Part shown: positions 21,351-31,374 of the stretch, one piece after another
How positions within the stretch are numbered: the stretch's first letter is position 1
How the letters are laid out: every line of letters begins with the position of its first letter
Source of the DNA: Perkinsus chesapeaki ATCC PRA-425
Taxonomy: Eukaryota > Protista > Perkinsozoa
NCBI GenBank assembly: GCA_013115145.1
Contig: JAAPAO010000104.1
Coordinates: forward strand, 12,262 to 76,261
DNA length: 64,000 nucleotides
Direction: 5' to 3'
Translations under genes and position numbers: made by a program
Notes under the pieces: generated by a model
What the model was told of the DNA's origin: nothing
Database searches by the model: none
The model's input: only the letters and a program-made list of their open reading frames with translations

Positions 21351-22445
21351 CTTATCTCAGTGTAACTGTTGCCGCTTCTTCGTTTAGCCCCTCTCAAATA
21401 GAGTGCCAACACAATTCTCCCTCCCTTGGCGATCAAAGTCCGCACGGCTTCCTGGAACCGTCGAGTTGACGGCGTCGACACAACCCGTGTCGGCGCAACA
21501 ATGTTCCCCCCGCTTCAAAGTTGGACTGCTTAGTAGTTTTTTATTTGTTCTTTCAAACGAAAATAGAATCACCTGTTTCAGCCATTCCCGATCACACACG
21601 AGAAGAAATTTCTTGTTTCTTGTTCTTTCTTGTAGAGAAGAAATTTGCTTCGAGCAATTACTTCTTTTAAATTCTTGCCAGCTATGAACTTAGCTGTTAG
21701 ACTCATCTGCTCTCGAATCGACGGGAGTCTCGAGAAGGCAACAGTTGTACGTTCCTGAAGAATATGAGCCGGCAACAGTGTTCCAGTCAACATCAGCTCC
21801 GTTTTGCCCAAGCCGTATGGGTCAGTGAGAGACTCTTGTACCTCGATAAATCTGTCAATGCCCTCGTAGTCGTAGCCCTGTTAGTTTCTGCCAGCACTTT
21901 TGCCTATTAGAGCTCGTCTAACAAGCGCCAACAGTTTCACTCGTTTGACGGCATTGCGGCGCTAACCAGTCGATAAACGGTATCCGATCGCATACTCAAT
22001 GGCCTGTGTCCGTGACTGCAACTCAAACCCTTCGTATGGTTCAGGAAGTGCCTGTACGGCCATCTCTCAACGTCCTCGCTGAGGTTACTGTATGCTTCCA
22101 AGTATTGGAGATACGAGGAAACATGCTCGGGACGGATGATCGGATGAATGGTACCAACAAACGATCGACCATGAACCAGTGGTATTGTGTGTTCCAACAA
22201 AGTGAAACATGCATAGTAATACTTTGATCCAGATTGACGTCCCTACTTCAAGATAGTTGGTAGTCGGTAGGTTAAAAACTCATGACGGTAGATGGTAGGC
22301 TTCAAAAACTTTTGGTAGTTGTAGTTCAATATTGGTGGTAATATCCGTACTTGGCTCTATTGTACGTATAAGACACCGATGCTCTTAATAGTGATTGGTT
22401 GAAAGAGTCTGGCATTAAGCAGTGACTGGCTGTCAGTTGGGTCAG

Positions 22446-23561
22446 TTACATCGGATTAGCAAACGTCAGATCAGCAAAGCCGACCCTTCCTTCACTTGGT
22501 TGGAACTCCACGTACCTATCAATAATCATGAAGTCAGGGAACACCCAGCTCCCGCCAGGACTCTGAGTGATAGCCAGACTGCAAACTCCACCAAAGTTGC
22601 GAGTGTAGTGCTTGCCAGACACGGTTAAATGAACAGAACCTCCGTGGCCTAAGCCGACGAACAACTTAGGGAAATAGGAAATAAACGGGCACTCGAAGTT
22701 CCATATCCCGAGGGCGGGTGTCCAGGCGATGAAGACTTTAGTTCCCGCAGCCTTCGATGCTTGGTCAGACAAATCCTCTATGAGACCGCCAACAAAGCTT
22801 TGGGGGAGTGTTAAGGCTTGCGCACGGGTATCAATCAAGATAGGACTGTTTATTCCTGCCATTTCCTTTCCGCCAGCAACTTGTAAGCTGTCGATCGTGA
22901 CGAGGTACTCTTGTTGACTCAATAGTGGTACATAATGCAAAGGGGCCACGTACACCGTGGGATCACCACCGCCGAGCAGGAGTTCACCCTTAGGAGGGGT
23001 TCCGGGAGACGGTGAGGTTTTCAGATACATAGCAAAGGTTGGCCCAGTTATTTTACCTTGTAATTGGACCATAAGCGGACGGTAACCGACGATTTCCCTC
23101 AAGCCCAAGCCAATGGAATTCAGCGGTACAAGTTTTTCAGGAGTCGGATACTGACCGTCCACCACGCCGAATTGGATGGAGTCCACGGTACCCTGAGAAA
23201 ATGCCAGTTGTCCTTGGTGTGAGAAGATATCGACTCTTGTACAATCAACATAGGTGATAGGAGATATTTGACCAACCTTGCAGCCCCCTGGGCATTCATA
23301 ACATCCGGTGAAGAGAGTAGCGCACGCTCCACGGTGAGTGAAACGCTCGTAAAATGCCGTCCAAGTGAAGTAGAGGGCAGCTATTCTAGTATCCACACGA
23401 GCGTGCATCGCTTGTCCGTCGACTGAGACATCGCCAAGCAGAGCATAACCGTAATTTGGGATAAAGGGGCGATTCGTGAGCACCCTGATCACTTGGGCCA
23501 CAGTTCCAAAGAACTCATTAACCATCGATATGACTAGTAGAGGTATGATGAACACAGACAT
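22446..23561 (-). CDS. Pepsin-like aspartyl protease paralog with both DTG motifs changed to DTR (probable pseudoenzyme)
   Basis: Intact 371-aa ORF colinear with 19278-20378; ARVDTRIAA (23385-23393) and ILIDTRAQA (22824-22832); flap ITYVDC. Confidence 0.85.
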   Translation of the reverse strand: MSVFIIPLLVISMVNEFFGTVAQVIRVLTNRPFIPNYGYALLGDVSVDGQAMHARVDTRIAALYFTWTAFYERFTHRGACATLFTGCYECPGGCKVGQISPITYVDCTRVDIFSHQGQLAFSQGTVDSIQFGVVDGQYPTPEKLVPLNSIGLGLREIVGYRPLMVQLQGKITGPTFAMYLKTSPSPGTPPKGELLLGGGDPTVYVAPLHYVPLLSQQEYLVTIDSLQVAGGKEMAGINSPILIDTRAQALTLPQSFVGGLIEDLSDQASKAAGTKVFIAWTPALGIWNFECPFISYFPKLFVGLGHGGSVHLTVSGKHYTRNFGGVCSLAITQSPGGSWVFPDFMIIDRYVEFQPSEGRVGFADLTFANPM

Positions 23562-24076
23562 TATATGATAGAGTCCTTAACTAAACTGCTGAACGGTAAC
23601 GCGGTGGATTAAAATCGTCTTCTATCATGTCTTACACATCGGCTACTTGGTGGGCCAGACTAGATGCATTTGTTCCCTCCGCCGAAATCCATACAATACG
23701 TTCAGGGACCCATCGACCCACGAAAGGGGGCGACTTGGAAATCACCGTTCACTTACTCCCAAATTCAGGCAGAATAATCCTGCCCAGTGGTAGCTGTTTC
23801 ATAAGGAAGCTGTTGTGTGAAGTTTTAGCCGGAGATATCCCGTAGGCGATCCACACCAAGCTTTAAGAGACCGTAGTATGCACCAGAGCTAAGGAGCACT
23901 CGTGACAGCGCATCTTGCATTATATATGCTAACAGCAGAATTTTCTTGTAGGATTAGGAGTAGTGCAAATGCACATCGAATATGCATACAGTCGCTGTAT
24001 AACATCGGAATTCGTGGTCTTATGCTTTGGAATATCCAACACTAGCGCCACTAAGCGCTTCTTGTGTTGGTGATCC

Positions 24077-24111
24077 AGTGTGACATAATATAGCCTATAT
24101 TATGTCACACT
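24077..24111. repeat. Perfect palindrome, 17-bp arms, 1-nt spacer
   Basis: AGTGTGACATAATATAG-C-CTATATTATGTCACACT. Confidence 0.97.
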
Positions 24112-24408
24112 CAGTGCAATGCACTGGATGTGACATGGTCCATACCAGCCGCCAGGATTATCAGCTAGCAGCTTGGCACAATAGTTGGGCATTGCCGTGA
24201 GAATTTTACTCTCGACCAAGGTGTTTATTTTGTATGGTGTTTTATTTTTTCAGGGTTTATCTTTTCTAGTTGTACTCTCGTTTGGCAGCCGGTCGTGGGC
24301 GAGGGCTCTGAATTTCAGTCTGAAAGATGGTGAGTGACTCATCGTGAGTCCAAAGTCTGACACAAGGGCCCGCAAATTGAAGTGGCCCAGGCCTTCTAAA
24401 TTAAAACC

Positions 24409-24441
24409 GTACGACGTATTAGAAGTTCTAATACGTCGTAC
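24409..24441. repeat. Perfect palindrome, 16-bp arms, 1-nt spacer
   Basis: GTACGACGTATTAGAA-G-TTCTAATACGTCGTAC. Confidence 0.97.
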
Positions 24442-24676
24442 TCTTCGGGACCTACCCGAGCATCGCCTGCACACTACAGGAGGTATTGGTTTGGCCACAG
24501 GCTCTTACTCAAGGATTTATAACGCGTGCAGACATAAACTAGCTGTTGTCTGATAAAAGAAGAGACAAGCCATAGTAGAAAATATCTTAGGAATCTTTGA
24601 GGTAAATGCTGAACACGACTTCAAAAGTGGTTGAGAATCATCTTGCGGGCACCGGATTACCCTATTCAAGTTGAAT

Positions 24677-24719
24677 CAACCCCAGAAGCAGTTGAATAAT
24701 TCAACTGCTTCTGGGGTTG
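24677..24719. repeat. Perfect palindrome, 21-bp arms, 1-nt spacer
   Basis: CAACCCCAGAAGCAGTTGAAT-A-ATTCAACTGCTTCTGGGGTTG. Confidence 0.97.
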
Positions 24720-26298
24720 CGCGCCGGACTATCTTCTGAAATTGTATGTGAGTTACGCGGCAAGTAATTGTATTGATAATACGGCGATCTCTCACGGTAT
24801 TCAATAGAGGGCGACGTGTACATGCGCGGCGCGAATTCTACGGAGTGGCACTAGAGATTGTCAATGAGTGCACTCGACGAGCCTAGTTGCCAACTAGTAG
24901 TTGAGCGTAGCTGAGTCGAGAGACTCGAGTCCCGGAAGTGATTCGCATTTTGGGAGTGATTGTGTTCTGCTACACATGCGCCTGGTTGCGTCAGTGAATT
25001 GCGTTAGAAAGAGTAGGATCGCTTGACTCTAGTAACATTTCTATTCGGTGAAACACAATGATAAAATAGAGGTATTATGCTGGACAATTAACTCACACCC
25101 ACGGTAGTAGGCGAGCTGCTCACCTTGCTGCATATCTCCTCCCGCACAGCAGGTGTTTGAAGTAATCGTTGCGTTGGTCAGTGATTAGCTGCACTTCACC
25201 GCACATTCATCACTTTACCTCTATGCTCATTGGTATATCGATATATGATGAATCGTTTGATAAAATTGATTTGTGAGGAGCTAGCGAGCTTTGTTCTATT
25301 TTACTGCCTAGCAGTAACTGCTGCGGAAGCCTCTCCATCGTTAACTGTCGGGCCTGTGCTGACGCTAAGCAGCTTTCTTTTGAGGTAGACCACCACGCAC
25401 CCTTCCCAGATGGTCACTCTATTCAGTCTCAACATGTCCTAAGCCACGTGATGATCCTCGTGTTGTCTCAGCTCGAAAGGTCCTGTTGGTACGCATATTC
25501 CAGTGAATAGCCTTATACGTAGTCTGAGGCCGTATTGCTTACCTGCACTTACGGTTTCTACCTTGTGGTTTGGGAAGAGGAGCCAGCTGTCTTCAGCCCT
25601 AGGATCTCAGGGTAGTTAGACAGGGCAGTGATCCAGGGGAGAGGCTTGTCCAACTTGGGCCAAAACACTCTCAGTGCCAGCTGTGTCGGGATCTTGCTAG
25701 TTTTAGCTAGAAGTGAGGTAGCTACCTCTGCTGCAGTTCAACGGTTGGCTCAAAACTGAGTTGTAATGCCGATAGCTCGGCGTCTAAGGCTTAGGCGCAC
25801 ATGGCGGACTCATCGAGTGGGACACCGTAGTTCTCTAACCTCTGGGTCGCCTACCCTGCCAAGCTCGCACTTATACAGCATCGTGACTAACATGATGTAG
25901 AAAGGCAGCGCACTGGTGTATGTTGAGTCATCATTGAAGAACGACTGATGCTGAACTCAATGCGCCCAGTGAACATCTGCTCCTCAAAGAGGGGGTGCCT
26001 TCGAGGATCAGTTTGACCTGAACCACACAACCCGCTTCACGAGTATGAAACAGCAGCACCGGCAGATATACCTCCGCTACCCCTCCCCCTTCTCGGTATT
26101 TATGCGTAATAGTAGTTACTTTGTCGAACATCGTGCCCACTTTACCGATGTTTTCATGACTCCACTGACCTTAGAGCTGCCTTCCGTTTTTTTGCGCCAT
26201 GTGTTGCCAGATCCCTCCATGGTGCCCGCGATCTGGCACCACAGCGCAAGCACCCGCGCTTGCAAAATTACCTCTTTTCGGTGCCAGTTCTAACCTCC

Positions 26299-26499
26299 AT
26301 GGACTTGATCATTGTCATTATTGTCTCGCTCTACAGCGGGTTGGCTTACGCAGCCAACTCAAATCCTGCTACCTACGCAAGGCCAACCGGGGATTGCTAC
26401 TATGTATTCAACAAGCTTCATGATTGTACTTGCCCAAAGGGGACTGAACCAGTCATTACAGACGTGAGATCAGGACCAGCCTTTGTCGGTACTTGCTGA
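26299..26499 (+). CDS. Small putative secreted Cys-containing peptide (66 aa)
   Basis: MDLIIVIIVSLYSGLAYA|ANSNP..CYY..DCTCPKGTEP..GTC*: hydrophobic signal-like segment with an AYA cleavage-type site and 4 Cys. The C-terminal end may differ if GTACTT at ~26488 is a splice donor. Confidence 0.45.
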   Translation: MDLIIVIIVSLYSGLAYAANSNPATYARPTGDCYYVFNKLHDCTCPKGTEPVITDVRSGPAFVGTC

Positions 26500-28391
26500 G
26501 TCTAGGACTCTGATAGCAGTTTGAGTATGTGCTGCAGGTTTTGGATAGCTAGAATGATACATTACTAATTGTCATTCACTGTGGCCCTGAAGCATACCCA
26601 TGAGCCTACCGTCTTATGCATGCTGATAGGAAAACTATCTACTATGAGTAGAGTATCTGCTAAGAGAGCTCTCTTCGATTAGTGCGTGATTTACGACATG
26701 TCCACAATGGCCTTGTTAAATATTATTATGAGGTTCCTGCATTCGAATAATTCAAATCAAATGGATCGCTTGGAGTGATACTAAGCAGCTTTCGATCTTT
26801 CAGGCCAGTCGTATTTGCTCGCCTCCCTGCAAGGCAGATCACGATTGCCCTCCAAGCACAGGTGGAGTTGCCATAAGCACGATCTGCTACGCTGGGAAGC
26901 ATTGCCTACTATCGTGCTACTCGGTGATAGAGAAACACACGTTCTTATGGATTCAATGTGTACCCAGTATTTCATCGAATGGATCGTTCACAATAAACCA
27001 GAACTCCCAGGAATTGTTTGCTGTGTCATAATAGCGTGCAGTGTCGATTCCTCTGCTGGCATTCGCGTCGTTTGAGACTTTAAGCGCGTTAAAACTTGAA
27101 CTCTGTGTCAGATATTCGAGACCTGCCCTGGCGACACCGTGTGCAAAACAACCAACGTGGGCCGTTTATGTCTGTATCCCTCATAATTGCTGTATTTAGC
27201 GGTAGCCATGAGTAAACTCGTTCTGTGGTTCGCTGCAATTTTGAATGTCACAGAGTAGTAATACCATTAGCGGTTTTTCGCAACGAAACCCCTTTTTATA
27301 TCACCTCGTCTTGTCGAAGGTTGCCGTACCTGGATATCGGCTTCAAGTAATATATGAGTAGTGTTATTAAGTAAATTGAGGCTTCAAGTGGTTCGGTGCG
27401 ACACCCCTTGGTGACTTCTTTATTGTTATTGTTCGCCCTCTTCGGGCTCGGGCTTAGTGTTCTCTCTGTTTTAGGATCGGTCTTCTGGGCGGGTTTAGCA
27501 GTTCCTTTAGCACGCTTCCCTTGGAGCGCGCGTTGCGGTTCAAGCTTCTCCTCGACGATTTCTCTCGCTTATGTCTCCGATTCCACTGCAGTCTCCACCC
27601 GAACGCTGATATCCTCCCTAGGCTACACATTCCGCGTCGGGGTACCACTAGGGCCAACCTCAGAGACTTGGCTCTTCGCGGCAGTCGTTGAACACTTGAG
27701 TGGCTCAGTATTAGGTGACTCCAATACGCCACATTTACTTCTATGCATAACCGCCACACTGCGCCGACACTTTCACCTGCTTTACTTCATTGCCATCTGT
27801 ATTTTTCTATTGTGTTACGTTAGCTATTGAGCCAATCAACTATCATGTATTGACGCGAACGGAGCAATTCTTTCAATGAGAAAACGTAGTATCGTTGAGC
27901 TCAACCGTTGAGCCCAGTGGTATGTTGACTGCATTCATTTGTAGGTATGTTACCATGCAACTTGAGCAGAGAATGAAAAGCACGAATTGCTAGCGGGCCA
28001 GTTGTTGTAGCAATGTTAGCTACACCAGTCCTGACTGTCTTGAATGGCTTGTCGGCCGCCGATACTTTTGAATTTTCTCGGACAAGATGGCCTTAACTCA
28101 ACGCCATCGTCTGGTTAGAAAACATCTGCGAACTGCGATCCAGCTATTCTTGCCGATGTAACTATGTAGGCCTCATTTTGGACTGTCGAATGACTGCATC
28201 AAACATAGCAACACCATCGCTCATTGTCGATCTTAGTCCAGAGTAGTTAGAGATTAGATTAGAGGTTCAAAAACTCTTGAAAAGAATTTGCGTTCCAAGA
28301 ATTGTTGCTGGTACTAACCGTGCCATATTTGGAGGTAGACGGCGAATATCACTGCTTTCATCGTACATTGGCTGTATTAAGATATCTACCG

Positions 28392-29488
28392 CTACAGCAG
28401 GTTGGCAAACCCGATTCTCCTTTGAGTTGGCTGAAACTCCACGTACCTATCAATAATCACAAAATCCGGCAAAACCCACTCATCTTCCGTAGTCGGAGTG
28501 ATAGCCACCGTGCAGAATCCCTCGTTGCTGCGAGTATAGTACTTGCCGGCCACAGTCAGTGTTACAGACCCTCCCCTACCCAAGCCAATTAGTAGCAATG
28601 GGAAGAAGGAAATATACGCGCAAGCGAATTCATATGTACCAAGTTCGGGATCATAGGTGATTCGGACGGTAGTTCCAGCCTTCTTCGATGCTTGCTTAGA
28701 TATATCGTTCACGAAACCATCTGCAAATCTCCGAGGGAATACCATACCTTGGCCGCCGGTATCGATGAGGATAGGCTTATTAAGTCCAGTTCTTTTGGTT
28801 TCACCGCTAACCTGTAAGGTGTCCATGGTGACGAGGTATTCTTGTTGGCTTAGCAGGGGCACAAAATAGAGAGGGGACACGTATATCCTCGGATCACCGC
28901 CACCGAGTAGAAGCTCCCCCTTCGGAGTCGTGCCAGGTGACGATGAGCTTCTGAGGTACATAGCGAAGGTTCGGCTAGCTACTTTTCCTTGTAACTGATC
29001 CATGAGGGAACGGTAACCACGGATGATGTTCAGGCCGAGGCCAATAGAATTCGTCGGTACTGTCAGCGGGATTTGGTTGGTTACCAAACCGAACTGAATG
29101 AGGTTGACGGTGCCCAGTGCAAAGGCCAGCTGTCCTTGGTGCGAGAAGATTTCGACCCTAGTACCATCGGCATAGGTTATAGTAGTTTTTGGACCAACGG
29201 TGCAGCCTTGCGGACATTGATAACATCACGTGAAAAGGTTAGCACATGCTCCACGGTGGGTGGACCGCTCGTACCAGTCTTTCCAAGAGAAGTAGAGAGC
29301 GGATGCTCCAGTGTCAATGAGAGCGTGCATCACTTGACCATCGACCTTGACAATTCAACCAGAGCTTCTACGTACATAGGGATATATGGCCGTTGTATTC
29401 TCATTCTGATCACTTGGCCTACAGTGCCCAAACGCTTACTTGCCAGTAGTATGAATATAAATGGAGGAGGGATGAGCCAAAGCATCAT
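28392..29488 (-). pseudogene. Third pepsin-like aspartyl protease, disrupted
   Basis: Colinear with the other two and retains LIDTGAS and LIDTGGQ. It has a frameshift near 29355 (YVEALVE/IVKVDGQ) and an in-frame TGA at 29226-29228 where the paralogs have GGA (TGCY). Confidence 0.85.
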
Positions 29489-31374
29489 TCAAGAAAATAA
29501 CCTAAGACTCACAATACAAATTTTGTTCCGTAACACAAAGAGGTGCTACGTTTGTGAAAGTAGAATCTACTTTCTAGAATCTACTCGGTAGATCATTCGC
29601 GGATCGGCTCCACCGGAGCACACTGCGGAGAAGTCAATCCTCAAAAGTGACTGCTACTCTAACGTGCTCCCTAGGCATCAGCATCTGGTGGTAGTCGGCG
29701 GGTGCAGCTTGCGGAGAATTTTTTCTATCTTAACCCTTACCTGAAGCCCTTCTGTTACCAAGTATTGTTTGAGCAGGCTGGGAAATCCCCAATAGATTAA
29801 TAGGTCCTTAAGAAACTAGCGCCAGCACGTTGATCAGGTTTTTGTAGTGGTTTCGTTCCGAACCTCTTTTTGGCTAGTGGACTCCGTTCCGTAAGAAATG
29901 AGAGCTCTGTTCACATTCTGGCATTACATAAATGGTGTGTAGCACCAGAGTAGGTCTCTATCGAACGTTGAAATGGTCACGGGCGGTGCGCCGCCTACGT
30001 TCTCAAGAATTTGAGCTATTAGTGGAATTCAACAGGCTCTTCCTAGATTACATGCCATCGTGAAATTGGATAGTCTAGATACATACGTCTGCCTTCTCGC
30101 AACCGGTGATGGATTGGATTCAGGTAAAATGTGTTGACGCGAGCAGTCGCTTTTGGCTTATGCGACATTGGCTACGCCGCCCAAGGGGACAATGTAGTGC
30201 ATTCATGGCTCTATTCGAGGCCCCATCGTAAGTTCTCGAGTTGGAGCACCTCAAACGCGGGTCTTCGCTAACGCCTCAGGCACTTGGTTATACATTGTTC
30301 CCTCGAATATGCCATTCGAGCACTGCTCAGCTCCAGGTCGTTCCATCGGATAAGTATAGTATTGCGGAAGTTCTTTTCTTCATTTCCCCACTCCTTGTTG
30401 CTTCTCCGCTCACTAAAATAGGATGATTCAACGTGACGTGTGCATGAAATGTAAATAGCTCCAGATCAGCGGTTGCTTATTCAGTTAGTCACAACACAGC
30501 TTGCTTACAGGTCTTCATACTGGGCCAAAAGCTATGCCTTACTCAGAGCATAACGCAAGAAGACCAATCGGTCTCTTGAAGATCTTTGCGCCTTTTTAGA
30601 GTCATGACTATGCATTAATGTTCGCAGAAGAACTAAAGGTACGGTCTGTGCATCTGAGAGAGCTATGTCCCCACTTTCCAATCGTTTGTTGGATTCACGA
30701 TCTATCGCTGACGATGTGTTCTAGTTCAATGTCAAACTCGCCTCCCGTGAGACTTCTGCTTTTTGAGACCGATCACATCGAAGAACTACTTTCATATTTC
30801 GATCTATTCACCATAGATCATCCGCACATGGTGGTTTTTGCCAATTTCTATTTGCCAAGTGTGCGCATGTTACAAGATGGGCACTAAATAGGTGCCTCTG
30901 TGAAGTGACTACATCCCTCTTATCGCTGTTAATTATGACCCTACATTAACACTCTCGAAGATTTCTGCTGGACGGTTTCGTCAGGCAACAATGTGGCTTG
31001 TTAAGAATATGCTTTGTGTTGTGCATCCCCTTAACCAAGCTTACATAGATTGGTTCACCTAGCCAACTTATCCACCCTTTACTAGCAGCTGTTGCGCTCC
31101 CTACGATTGGCTCTGGTGAAAGTTAATAGGCATGTCGCAACGCGTCCGCTATATGATACAGCGGGCAGAACACAGCTTATATTCTTCGGTATCGCACTCT
31201 TCGCACTGCGCTTTCATCGAACTTTTCGCTCGCCAAGATTCTTCCCATTGTATCTTGAGATATCGCATAGCATCTACTCCCGGAAACCATGATAAGCGAA
31301 TATCGCCTCCAAACACTGTCTAATTACAGGTCTTCCCTACACACCTCGGCATTAGGGTTCATCTCCATTCTGCC

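Larger units (their letters stand above)
18060..23660. repeat. Tandem segmental duplication, period ~3.0-3.2 kb (SDR 3' tail + decayed ORF + aspartyl protease)
   Basis: 18060-18340 matches 21086-21350, 19104-19232 matches 22259-22387, and protease ORF 19278-20378 matches 22446-23561. Confidence 0.85.

Noticed and set aside
24344-24553. RPSKL-containing ORF as a transposase HTH
   Set aside because: Similarity is limited to a few residues and the frame is partly created by the 24409 palindrome.
25200-26200. Possible hAT transposase remnant (minus strand; WW and RTKL-like pieces)
   Set aside because: Motifs are too weak and fragmented to call without an HMM search (Dimer_Tnp_hAT PF05699 would decide).
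27370-27750. Low-complexity minus-strand frame with two internal stops
   Set aside because: Looks like a decayed coding fragment but has no identifiable homology.
29226-29228. In-frame TGA as selenocysteine or recoding
   Set aside because: It replaces Gly (GGA) rather than Cys, and the same gene also has a frameshift.
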